A stretch of DNA of 60,762 bases, filler included. It is 8 parts of 8 records of this genome, joined end to end, with 100 filler letters (N's around TTAATTAATTAA, not from the genome) between each part and the next. Parts side by side here need not be neighbours in the genome. Positions count along the whole stretch, not along the records: positions 12,069 to 18,899 come from SRR31156797_151183; positions 19,000 to 26,246 come from SRR31156797_152495; 6 more parts are not named here. The stretch is one strand, 5' to 3'. Numbering within the stretch: the first letter of the stretch is position 1; each line of letters opens with the position of its first letter. The position numbers and the translations under genes are program-made. This document shows positions 12,069-21,419 of this stretch, piece by piece. The notes below the pieces were generated by a model, which was not told the origin of the DNA, made no database searches, and saw nothing but the letters and a program-made list of their open reading frames with translations.

Positions 12069-12977
12069 ATGCAGGAACTTGAAGTGTTCGAGGCAGCCCC
12101 AGTAGCGGCCGTACAGGGTGTCGCCGCCGACCAGGTTGAGCGCGCCGCCGATGGTTTCGCCGTCGTGTTCGGCAATGATCAGCACGATGTCGGGTCCCAG
12201 CGCCGCATGCAGTTCCGAGAAAAAACGGCGGTTGAGGTAGGCCGGACCCCATTTGCGGTCGGACGTGTCGCGGTAGAAGCGGTAGAAGGCGTCCCAGTGG
12301 CTTTCGCTGATCTCATCGCCGCGCAGGGTGCGGATATCGACCCCGGCGTCGGTGACGGCGCGGCGCTCCTTGCGGATGGACTTGCGCTTGCGCGATGACA
12401 GGTCGGCGAGGAAATCGTCGAAGGTCTCATAATCGCGGTTGAACCAGTGGAACTGCTGGCCGATCCGTTGCAGAAAGCCGTATTCGCCCATCAACTGCCA
12501 TTCGTCTTCGGTGGAAAACGTCACATGCAGCGACGATACGTCCAGGCGCTCGGCCAACTGGATCATGCCGCTGATCAGGGCCTCGCGGACCGGTCCGGTG
12601 GCGCCGGGGCGAACAATCAGACGCGGCCCGGTGACCGGCGTGAACGGCACCGCCGATTGCAGTTTCGGATAGTATTGGCCGCCGGCGCGTTCCCAGGCCT
12701 CGGCCCAGGCCCAGTCGAACACGTACTCGCCGTAGGAATGGTTTTTCAAATAGAGCGGCGCACAGGCCGCAACGCCGCCGGCGCCGTCCTCGACTATCAG
12801 ATGCTGCGGCAGCCATCCGGTTTCCGCCGTCACCGAGCCGCTGTCCTCGAGCGCCTTCAGGAAGCCGTGGCGCACGAAGGGATTGGAAGCGCCGGCGCAG
12901 GCATCCCAGTCTTCAGGGCTTATGGCGGCCAGGCTCTCGGCCACGCGGATGGTGATGGCGTCGTTTCCGTCGGGCAT
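12069..12977 (-). CDS. GNAT-fold FemAB-like protein (DUF482 family), 3' truncated
   Basis: PLYLKNHSYGEYVFDWAWA, YYPKLQSAVPFTPVTG, SRKRKSIRKER and LYGRYWG. Confidence 0.92.
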
Positions 12978-13186
12978 AAAGCAAAGATGAGGGTCCGGCA
13001 GAGCCGGGGCAAGGGATTATCCCGATGAAATGAACCTTCGAAACCGGCCGGAATCGAAAAGGGATTTTGACGCCGGACAGATCGTCTCGGCGGCAATTTC
13101 GGCGACTTCGCGACCTCCCCCCCTATATTTTCCTTGTGGTTGTATTATGAGCATATGAAATACATAAAATAGTTGAAAAAAACGAA

Positions 13187-13207
13187 AGAATCATTGATAT
13201 TGATTCT
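13187..13207. promoter_or_regulatory. Palindrome AGAATCA-N7-TGATTCT (each arm contains a GANTC site) in an AT-rich divergent promoter region
   Basis: Perfect 7-bp inverted repeat seen directly; function inferred. Confidence 0.4.
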
Positions 13208-13406
13208 CAACTGCGACATGAGGCCAATCGGGGGAGGGGCTTTGTCGGGTTTCCTTTTATCTGTTGGTTATCGACAAGTTCTATTGCCCAAAGTGGTTCG
13301 GGGCATGCCCGCCTTTCGGGTGCGTCCGGCACGGATCGGTGGCATATCCCGATTCCCCGGAATGGTTCGATCAAGACAGGACAAAGCGCTTCGGCATTGG
13401 GGGTGA

Positions 13407-14327
13407 ATGATGGTGAAACCGACAAAAGAAAAAGGCTGGCATCTGACCGTATTGATACTTTTGGTCGTCCTCCTTGTCATGGGCAGCGTGGCGTTCGGGG
13501 TTGATTGGATCGAGTTGAACGGCAACGGACTGGTTGTCGTTTGGTTGGCCGCGATCCTCGTTCTGATTATTTTTATATGCGTGGCCAGTTCGGCCGTGAC
13601 CGGACTGAAACGGGGCATTCTGATCGACGGCCGTAATAAAATTAGCCTTTCCCGGCTTCAAATGCTGTTCTGGACGGTCCTGATCGGGGCCACGCTTTAC
13701 AGCCTATACGTATGGAATATCTCGCTTCTGAACCTGGAGTCGCCGCCGGATGGTCTGACCGACATAACGGCCGCATTGAATATTGAAATTCCCAAGATCA
13801 TCTGGGCCTTGCTGGGAATCAGTACGACCTCGCTTGTCGCTTCCCCGCTGGTCCTCAGCACCAAGACCGAAGGACAGGCGCAGGATACGGAAAAACAGGA
13901 CACCATCGCGCGGGTCAAGTCGGATCATGGCGGCGCCGGGGATGTCGAGGCAAAGGGCAAGGTGATCGTCAATACCAATGCCAACGATGCCCGCTTCACC
14001 GACATCTTCAAGGGCGAGGAAACCGGCAACGGGGCCAGTGTCGACCTGGCCAAGGTTCAGATGTTCTTCTTTTCGTTGATCGCCGGAATCGCCTATATCA
14101 CGGCAATCGTCGTCATGTTGGCGGGAGCCGGAGGGACGATGGAAGGGGATATTGAAACACCGAAAACGTGGCTCAAGTTCCTGCCCGAGTTCAGTCAGGG
14201 CCTGGTCGCCATTCTGGGCATAAGCCACGCAGGTTATCTGACCCACAAGGCAATCCCTCACAGCCAGGCACAGACCGGCGACGCGGCAGGATCAGGCGGC
14301 AAAGGAGGCGCCGGCGGCGTCGGATAG
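13407..14327 (+). CDS. Uncharacterised multi-pass membrane protein with two internal repeats
   Basis: 306-aa ORF with about six hydrophobic segments; repeats SLSRLQMLFWT...LLGIS and DLAKVQMFFFS...ILGIS; Gly-rich tail. Confidence 0.85.
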   Translation: MMVKPTKEKGWHLTVLILLVVLLVMGSVAFGVDWIELNGNGLVVVWLAAILVLIIFICVASSAVTGLKRGILIDGRNKISLSRLQMLFWTVLIGATLYSLYVWNISLLNLESPPDGLTDITAALNIEIPKIIWALLGISTTSLVASPLVLSTKTEGQAQDTEKQDTIARVKSDHGGAGDVEAKGKVIVNTNANDARFTDIFKGEETGNGASVDLAKVQMFFFSLIAGIAYITAIVVMLAGAGGTMEGDIETPKTWLKFLPEFSQGLVAILGISHAGYLTHKAIPHSQAQTGDAAGSGGKGGAGGVG

Positions 14328-14561
14328 TCACGGTCGGAATGCGCTTGCGGGTGCCTAAACGGCCGATCGGGTCCCGGAACACCTGAATTGGCGTTTCGTC
14401 ATCGTTTGGAAACGGCGGCGCCGTTCCGTGTTTCGCCGGTCGGCCGGCTCTTGGCTTCCGTCGTCGTGCATTTGTTCGAAACCAGCCGCGAACCCGCATC
14501 GCTTCCATCCGGGCGGCCGGCGATTCGATCTGTAATTAATCCAATTCCGAACTCTTCCGGG

Positions 14562-14601
14562 TTGTCATCGAAACGTAACCAAACGGCAACTAAAACGACA
14601 T
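14562..14601 (+). promoter_or_regulatory. Putative Pho-box-like array (four units, 11-bp period)
   Basis: TTGTCATcgaa/ACGTAACcaaa/CGGCAACtaaa/ACGACAT, ending about 80 bp upstream of the EAL-GGDEF start. Confidence 0.5.
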
Positions 14602-14683
14602 GCGGCCGGGCCAAATTGACCTGGTTCATTCCAGTGCATCATGTCGATATCAACTTAACGGATCATCAGAGGAGTAGCCGCGC

Positions 14684-16627
14684 ATGTCCGACCTCCACGC
14701 GCCGACACCGGCCTTGGCGATTGCCGGAGAGGACCAGGGGGAGGGGACGGAAGGGGAAAACGGCCCATTCGCCAGCGGCGAATTCGCGCCGGCGTCCTGG
14801 GATAGCCTGGGCAATGGCGGACGGCCCCGGTGGGGCTGGGAATGGGCGCTGGAATGCCTGGATTTCGCCTTTCAACCGATAATCAACATTCACAACGGCG
14901 TCTGCTTCGGCCATGAAGCGCTGCTCAGAAACTGGCGCGATGCCGGCTTCGGCAGCATCCGGGAAGTCTTCGATTCGGCGGCTGACGCGATGATCCTCAA
15001 TCGCGTCGAGGCGATTCTGCGGGCGAAGGCCATCCGCAAGTTCTCGACCATACCGGGCGGCGGCCATTTGAAGCTGTTTTACAATCTCGACAACCGGTGC
15101 ATGGACATGCCGGACTATCGTCCCGGCACCACGTTCAAACATCTCGAACAAAGTGCCTTGCCGGCAACCGCGCTCTATCTCGAGATTTCCGAGCAGCGCG
15201 ACATCACGCGGGCCGGAAACCTGGAGCGCATTCTGACGGCGTACCGCCATCAGGGGTTCAAGCTGGTGTTGGACGATTACGGCGTCGGTTTTTCGCAGTT
15301 GAAGATGCTGTATCGATGCGAACCCGACGTCCTGAAGATCGACCGGTTTTTCATTTCCGGCGTCGATTCCGATCAGCGCAAGGAGATGCTGCTGGGCCAG
15401 TTGGTTGACCTGGCGCATTTGATGGGGGCCTTGGTCGTCGCCGAGGGGATCGAGACGATTGCCGAGTTTTTCGCCTGCAAGCGGGCCGGCTGCGACCTGG
15501 CGCAGGGGTTCCTCATTCAGAAACCGACGCGCAACGTCAACAATCTGAAGACCCGGTACGAGCGCATCGAGGCGCTGTCACGTCGCGACCGCCGGTCGGC
15601 CGGCAACGACGACCGGGAACTGATTCGCGGCCGCATGACCCGCATCGAACCGCTTCGCGAGAACACCAACCCGCTTTCGGTGCTGCAGTATTTCCTGCGC
15701 TTCCACGATGTCAGCGTCGTCCCCGTCGTCGATGAAGAAGACTATCCGACAGGCGTCATCCGCGAGGCCGATTTCAAGGAATTCTCCTATTCCCTGTACG
15801 GCCGTGATTTGCTGCAAAACCCGCACCTGCGGCCGAACACGGAACGATTCCTCAGACGCTGCCCGGCGGTCGAGATTACCGAACCCCTGGAGCGCATTCT
15901 CAAGGTATTCGCGACGGCAGCCATCAAGGACGGCGTCATCGTTACCGAGGAAATGCGGTATATCGGTTTCCTCGACGAGCACTCGCTGCTTGAGATGCTC
16001 AACGAAAAAAACACCATCGCGGCGCGCGATCAAAATCCGTTGACCCAGCTTCCGGGCAACAACGCAATCTATCGGTACGCCTCGGAAGTCCTGGCCAGCG
16101 GCGGTTCCGGCCGCTTCTTTGCCTATCTGGATTTCGACTATTTCAAACCCTTCAACGACCGGTACGGATTCCGCCAGGGCGATCGGGCAATCCTTCTTTT
16201 TGCCGATATCCTCAACAAGAATCTGGTCGGGCAGGATTTTTTCATCGGCCATATCGGCGGCGACGATTTTTTCGTCGGTGCGAACGGAGCCGACGAGGAG
16301 GGGTTCGTCGAACAGATCACGGCGGTTTTGAATCAGTTCAGCGAGGAAATCGCTTCGTTCTATGACCCGGACGAGCGCGAAAAAGGATGCATTACCGGCA
16401 CCAACCGGGCCGGCGAAAAAACCCGCTTTGCATTGATGACCGTATCGGCCGCGATCCTGCGCCTGTCCGACGGCAGCACCACGGTGTCGATCGACGACGT
16501 CGTTCCCGCCATTGCCGAAATGAAAAAAGCGGCGAAACGCGCCGACAGCCACACCGCGATCGCCGATCTGGAAGATTTCGTGGTGAATTCGCGTCCGCAA
16601 GCGAACGGAAGAATGGGCGTTCGCTGA
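14684..16627 (+). CDS. c-di-GMP phosphodiesterase/diguanylate cyclase, EAL-CBS-GGDEF architecture
   Basis: FQPI, HEALLR, LDDYGVGFS, LKID, VAEGIE; CBS-like SVVPVVDEEDYPTGVI; NPLTQLPGN, FKPFNDRYG, HIGGDDF; RBS GAGGAG. Confidence 0.93.
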   Translation: MSDLHAPTPALAIAGEDQGEGTEGENGPFASGEFAPASWDSLGNGGRPRWGWEWALECLDFAFQPIINIHNGVCFGHEALLRNWRDAGFGSIREVFDSAADAMILNRVEAILRAKAIRKFSTIPGGGHLKLFYNLDNRCMDMPDYRPGTTFKHLEQSALPATALYLEISEQRDITRAGNLERILTAYRHQGFKLVLDDYGVGFSQLKMLYRCEPDVLKIDRFFISGVDSDQRKEMLLGQLVDLAHLMGALVVAEGIETIAEFFACKRAGCDLAQGFLIQKPTRNVNNLKTRYERIEALSRRDRRSAGNDDRELIRGRMTRIEPLRENTNPLSVLQYFLRFHDVSVVPVVDEEDYPTGVIREADFKEFSYSLYGRDLLQNPHLRPNTERFLRRCPAVEITEPLERILKVFATAAIKDGVIVTEEMRYIGFLDEHSLLEMLNEKNTIAARDQNPLTQLPGNNAIYRYASEVLASGGSGRFFAYLDFDYFKPFNDRYGFRQGDRAILLFADILNKNLVGQDFFIGHIGGDDFFVGANGADEEGFVEQITAVLNQFSEEIASFYDPDEREKGCITGTNRAGEKTRFALMTVSAAILRLSDGSTTVSIDDVVPAIAEMKKAAKRADSHTAIADLEDFVVNSRPQANGRMGVR

Positions 16628-16659
16628 CGCCGTCGGGTATCCGGAAACGGCGCCGTCGG

Positions 16660-17127
16660 TTAGGAGATTTCGAAAATACCGTCGATCTCGACGGCAACGC
16701 CGAGCGGCAGGGTCGCGGCGCCGACCGCGAAACGGGCATGCCGGCCGCGATCGCCGAATATTTCGACGAACAGGTCCGACGCGCCGTTGATGACCGCCGG
16801 GACCTCATTGAAATCGGCAACGCAATTGACGAACCCGCCCAGCTTTACGACGTGTTCGACGCGGTCGAGATCGCCGTCGCAGGCGGAACGAAGATGCGCC
16901 AACAGGTTGATCGCGCACATCCGTGCCGCGGCGTAACCGTCATCGGTCGACAGGCCGCCGCCGATTTTGCCGACATGGTGCGCTGAACCGTCGACCATGG
17001 GAATCTGTCCGGAAACGAAAACCAGGTTCCCGGCAGTCACATAAGGCACATAGTTGGCGACCGGCGGGTTGGCTTCCGGTAGCTTGATGCCGAGTTCCGC
17101 CAGTCGGGATTCGATCCTGCCCGCCAT
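16660..17127 (-). CDS. RidA/YjgF family protein
   Basis: PVANYVPY, VSGQIP, VINGASDL, GRHARFAVG and LPLGVAVEID. Confidence 0.94.
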   Translation of the reverse strand: MAGRIESRLAELGIKLPEANPPVANYVPYVTAGNLVFVSGQIPMVDGSAHHVGKIGGGLSTDDGYAAARMCAINLLAHLRSACDGDLDRVEHVVKLGGFVNCVADFNEVPAVINGASDLFVEIFGDRGRHARFAVGAATLPLGVAVEIDGIFEIS

Positions 17128-17152
17128 GAGGGGCTCCCTTCGTTTCAGTCCG

Positions 17153-18391
17153 TCAGACTTTGAAAACCTGGCCTTCCGTCGGGGCCAGGCATTCCGTCGC
17201 CGAGTTGCGTTCCTTCAGCTGTGATACGGCCGATTCCAGCTTGCGGTCGATATCGTCGTCGGTCTGATCCGGGTCGTGATGGAAAAGCAGCAACTGCTTG
17301 ACGTCGGCCGAATGGGCCAGATCGACGACGCGGCTGACGCAGGAGTGGCCCCAGCCGATTTTGGTCTTGTATTCTTCGTCGGTATAGGTGGTGTCGGTGA
17401 TCAGGATATCGGCGCCGCGAATGAACTTGGTCAGGTTCTTGACGTAGAACGGATTGTAGAATTCGCTGTCTTCCAGATCGAGTTCGTTGTCGGTGACGTA
17501 ACAGATCGACCGGCCCTTGTATTCGACCCGGTACCCGAGACACTTGCCGGGATGATTGAGAAGCTTGGTCCTGATCGTGATGCCGTCGCCCATGGAAAAA
17601 TCTTCTTCCTCCAGATCGCGGAAATAGACCCGCGCGCCGAACTGTTTCAGGCGAATCGGGAAATAGATTCCGTCCATCTGGGCCGAGATCATCTGGCGCA
17701 TGCTGATGTTGCCGTGCGACGCGCCGAGGATCTCGAACTCGTTGCCCGGGATGTAAAGCGGCGTGAAAAACGGCAGGGCGTTGATGTGGTCCCAATGGGG
17801 ATGCGAGATGAAGACCTTGGCTTCGAGACGATGCCGTCGTTCCCGCGTCAGGTGATCGGACAGGGTCTTGATGCCGGTTCCGGCATCGAAAATGAAAAAC
17901 TGCCCCTTCGAGAACTCGATCGAAACGCACGACGTGTTGCCGCCGTACTTCAACGAGCTTTCGCCCGGCATCGGCAGGGTGCCGCGAACCCCCCAGAAGG
18001 TCAGCTCCATCTTGTCGTCGAGGATGCGATACAGCTTTTTCAGAAAGCTCTCCGCGTTCAACGGCTTGGTGATGTAGCCGCCGGCCCCGAATTCGTAGGC
18101 CCTGGCGCGGTCGGCCTCATAGGGTTTGGCCGAAATAATGACCAGTCGTGTGTTGCTCAGCTCCTTGCGCTCGCTCAGCTGTTTGCACAGCTCAAGCCCG
18201 TCGGTTCCGGGCATCATCAGATCGATGAGAACGCAGTCGGGTTTCAGTTCGACGATATCCGACAGGGCGGAAACGCTGCTGACGGTTCCGGCGACCGCAT
18301 GGCCGTCGGCTTCAAGCAGGGAACGTACAAAATCGACAACGTCGGGATCGTCGTCTACGACGAAAAACTGGAGCTTTTTGCCCTCGATCAT
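17153..18391 (-). CDS. Response regulator receiver fused to MBL-fold metallohydrolase
   Basis: REC (VVDDD, DLMMP, KP) followed by FWGVRG..P, YGGNTSC, DAGTG, SHPHWDH, TDNE, GHS and FHHDP. Start 18391 follows AGGA; alternative start 18418. Confidence 0.9.
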   Translation of the reverse strand: MIEGKKLQFFVVDDDPDVVDFVRSLLEADGHAVAGTVSSVSALSDIVELKPDCVLIDLMMPGTDGLELCKQLSERKELSNTRLVIISAKPYEADRARAYEFGAGGYITKPLNAESFLKKLYRILDDKMELTFWGVRGTLPMPGESSLKYGGNTSCVSIEFSKGQFFIFDAGTGIKTLSDHLTRERRHRLEAKVFISHPHWDHINALPFFTPLYIPGNEFEILGASHGNISMRQMISAQMDGIYFPIRLKQFGARVYFRDLEEEDFSMGDGITIRTKLLNHPGKCLGYRVEYKGRSICYVTDNELDLEDSEFYNPFYVKNLTKFIRGADILITDTTYTDEEYKTKIGWGHSCVSRVVDLAHSADVKQLLLFHHDPDQTDDDIDRKLESAVSQLKERNSATECLAPTEGQVFKV

Positions 18392-18732
18392 TCTTTTTCC
18401 TATTCCCGGTCGGGCCATAGGCGTACGTTCCGCAATGGAACGCAGATATCGCCAACCCCACCCAAATTGCTACTGGCTGTTTCCGCGACCAACTCGGTCA
18501 TTTGATCAGAGGATAGATTAACCAGCTGATGGGCGCAACGGTAGGCCTCGACCGATGGTAGAGGGCATTTTCGTGCGCGTTAGTCCACACTGCGAAATTC
18601 CTTGCCGGTCCCGGTTGTTTGAAGCCGGCTCCTGCTATATGTCTTGTTATGGAAAGGACTCCAAAAAGCTTTCACAAGGCCAGCCCTTGTGCCGCCTCGG
18701 AATTGCGGGGCGATTCGACGGAGGAAATAAAG

Positions 18733-18899
18733 ATGAAAGAAAAAAGCATCGAGCTGTTGAACAAGGCGGTGGCCGACGAATTGGCGGCGGTACACCAGTA
18801 CATGTATTTCCATTTCCATTGCGACGATCAGGGCTACGATCTGCTCGCCGGCTTGTTCAAGCGGACGGCGATCGACGAAATGCTGCATGTCGAAACCCT
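18733..18899 (+). CDS. bfr: Bacterioferritin-like protein, N-terminal part (truncated)
   Basis: IELLNKAVADELAAVHQY and IDEMLH ferroxidase/heme-Met pattern; RBS GGAGG. Confidence 0.8.
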
Positions 18900-18999
18900 N
18901 NNNNNNNNNNNNNNNNNNNNNNNNNNNNNNNNNNNNNNNNNNNTTAATTAATTAANNNNNNNNNNNNNNNNNNNNNNNNNNNNNNNNNNNNNNNNNNNN
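18900..18999. other. Artificial contig spacer
   Basis: N44-TTAATTAATTAA-N44. Confidence 0.99.
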
Positions 19000-19273
19000 C
19001 GGTACCGCACATGGCTCCGGGCACGACGCGATGCCAGAAGAGGGCGACGCCGGAAATGCCGATCAGGGCGGCCGCCCACAGGCAGCACAAGGATCCCCGA
19101 ACCAGAATAGAAGAGATCTCCGCCCGATGTTCACGCGTCAACTGATCGTTGTCCGATTGGTGCGGAGCCCAGTTAGCCGCAACATCCATAGCCGGAATGA
19201 AAGCAAAGAAGTAGAGAACACCACCGGTTAGCGCTGCCGCACCAAAAGCCCACACCAGTGGGTGCCAGATCAT
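19000..19273 (-). CDS. Uncharacterised membrane protein with VPGAMC motif (3' truncated)
   Basis: Start overlaps the ABC ATPase stop (ATGA); two hydrophobic segments followed by VVPGAMCGT. Confidence 0.75.
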
Positions 19274-19977
19274 GACTCACGGTTCCCTTCATTCTGAACC
19301 GTCAACGCTGCCTTTGCCAAATGGTAATGCCGGTCGATTGCATCCATTTTTCTCAATCGCGGATCATGGGAGCAAATCACGATCACGGCGCCGTCTTTAG
19401 CGGCCACCGCCAACCGGTCCCAGATCAGGAAGGCATGGGCATCGTCTTGAAATGCTGTGGGCTCGTCCGCCAAAACAAATCGGGGGCGTCCGGCCAGCGC
19501 ACGGGCTACGGCCAATCGCTGGCACTGGCCGCCGGACAGTTCCCGCACCGGTGAAGCGATCAAGGATGACAGGTCTAAACCGGCCAATTGCCGTACGATA
19601 TTTCGTTTCATGTGGGAACCCGGCATTTTCAGCGGTAACAGCCGAAGCAAAAGGTTTTCTGAAACACTCAGGTCGGAAATCAAGGCAAGGTGCTGAAACA
19701 CGATGCCGACCTTCCGTCTCCAGCGGTTCCGGTGAACCGCTGGCCACCGGGAGACCGGATCTCCATCTGCCCTCACCTCTCCTGAAAAGGGTCTGAGAAG
19801 CCCTGCCAACAAGTGCAGCAAGGTACTTTTTCCGGAACCGGTCTCTCCTGTCACCAATGAAATCGACCCCGGTTTGAAGTGTGCATTCACCCCATTGAGA
19901 ACCTGTTCTCCCTGGCCCCCTTTTTCCTTCCAGCAAAAATTCAGTTCATGGCATGCCAGCCCGGTCGTCAGTTCCAT
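19270..19977 (-). CDS. ABC transporter ATP-binding protein (LolD/FtsE-like)
   Basis: Walker A GETGSGKST, VGIVFQ, LSGGQCQR, ADEPT and SHD. Confidence 0.92.
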   Translation of the reverse strand: MELTTGLACHELNFCWKEKGGQGEQVLNGVNAHFKPGSISLVTGETGSGKSTLLHLLAGLLRPFSGEVRADGDPVSRWPAVHRNRWRRKVGIVFQHLALISDLSVSENLLLRLLPLKMPGSHMKRNIVRQLAGLDLSSLIASPVRELSGGQCQRLAVARALAGRPRFVLADEPTAFQDDAHAFLIWDRLAVAAKDGAVIVICSHDPRLRKMDAIDRHYHLAKAALTVQNEGNRES

Positions 19978-21122
19978 GAATCCGCCTGTGTCGTGTTCCA
20001 GGATTCACCTGCAGTGCAACGAAGAGATGTAAAAAAAACGGCCGCCAGGTAGGGGATGCCGACGCAGGCTGCAACCTCTGCCATCACCAAAACGGCCCCC
20101 GTTCCGTCCAGGGTCAAAGCTGGAAGTTTCCGGCAACCTGCGATCACCGACGCCGATAAACCGGCTGCAGTCGGGAAGAAAACGGCAAAATAGGCCAACG
20201 CCATCCCAACGGCAATCGCCGGAAAGCCGATAATTATCGCTTTTGCGACCTCCACCCGGACCAGGTCGCCGGTGGTCCACCCCAGTGCCTGAAGCAACCC
20301 CCAAAAGCTTTGCCGTCGACGACTTCCCGCCACAACGTCGCCAATCAGGATCAGCATTGCCAGCAGGGCTGGAATCGCCAAAAGGATCCCAATGCCGCCG
20401 GTCCTGGCGGCAAGGGTGTGATGGCGCAATGCGCTGGTACTTCTTTCAGTGATGTGCACCGCCCATGGAAAGGCGTCTACAAGATCGGCCTGAATCGCGG
20501 ATTCCTCTTCCCGGCGAAAGAGCCGGACGGCCAGGTCACTGGCCTGGTTTGCCGTCAGGCCTAACAATCGCCGGGCATCTTCTTGCGTCACCCAAACGAC
20601 ATCGGAAGTGGCCAAGTCGCTTTTCTCAGGGAAGGTGCCGACAATCTCGACATTGATTCTGTTACGGCCGACCAAAGGCAGCTCAATTGCGGATGGGTCA
20701 CGTTGCACCAGCCGCCCCACGACAGCCTGACCGCTTTTAGGCGGTGTTACCCCCTCCAACGAATCTTTTGGAAATGAAGCAAGCGTTGCCACCACGGTTA
20801 CGGGACCATCAGGCCCGGTCGCAACGCCCCAGAGTCTGGGTGTTGGGTCAAGAACACCGGGAACCGCACCGGCAAGGGAAACGGCTTCATCGATAGGGAT
20901 GGGTGCCCAACCACCGGCGTCGATGCGCCGTATGACAAGGTCCGGTGCGTTGTCAACAAGGCGGGCCCAAGTGTTGTCCAGCGCCCTTGCGAACAGAAGA
21001 GGTGCCGCCATCAGAAAGACAAGGCTGGCGAGACAGATAAAGAGTAGAATCGATCGACCGGGCCTTCGCCGGATATCCCGCGCAGCCCACAAAAGCATCG
21101 TCAGACTGTGATTTTCCGGCAT
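19968..21122 (-). CDS. ABC transporter permease (FtsX/LolE/MacB-like)
   Basis: N-terminal TM after RRPGRS, a periplasmic region, then GLLQALGWT and three C-terminal TMs; overlaps the ATPase start. Confidence 0.82.
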   Translation of the reverse strand: MPENHSLTMLLWAARDIRRRPGRSILLFICLASLVFLMAAPLLFARALDNTWARLVDNAPDLVIRRIDAGGWAPIPIDEAVSLAGAVPGVLDPTPRLWGVATGPDGPVTVVATLASFPKDSLEGVTPPKSGQAVVGRLVQRDPSAIELPLVGRNRINVEIVGTFPEKSDLATSDVVWVTQEDARRLLGLTANQASDLAVRLFRREEESAIQADLVDAFPWAVHITERSTSALRHHTLAARTGGIGILLAIPALLAMLILIGDVVAGSRRRQSFWGLLQALGWTTGDLVRVEVAKAIIIGFPAIAVGMALAYFAVFFPTAAGLSASVIAGCRKLPALTLDGTGAVLVMAEVAACVGIPYLAAVFFTSLRCTAGESWNTTQADSWN

Positions 21123-21412
21123 CAGGGTGCATTCTCCAGGCCAGGGGCAAACCGCAGATCAACACCGGGATGAATGGTTTCCGGATGACGTTCGGGGCTT
21201 CCGGCAGTCCAGATCGCCGGTGCAACCAGCGAGAACCTCTCCATCCACTTCTCCGCCTCTTTTGTTTGACCGGGAAGCCGAAAAAAAAGATCGGCCCCCA
21301 TCAGCGTCACAACAAGAATGGTAATACCCACCGACAAAAGAAGCAACCGCCCTGCGCCTCCGGAAAAGGCCTGCCCTTGAGGCTGTTTTTCGAGTTGAAA
21401 CGATGAAGTCAC
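21122..21412 (-). CDS. Small single-TM hypothetical protein
   Basis: GTG at 21412 just after the NosL stop; stop overlaps the permease ATG (TGATG); one hydrophobic segment; ends RHPE..HPGVDLRF. Confidence 0.65.
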   Translation of the reverse strand: MTSSFQLEKQPQGQAFSGGAGRLLLLSVGITILVVTLMGADLFFRLPGQTKEAEKWMERFSLVAPAIWTAGSPERHPETIHPGVDLRFAPGLENAP

Positions 21413-21419
21413 GTCGGCA

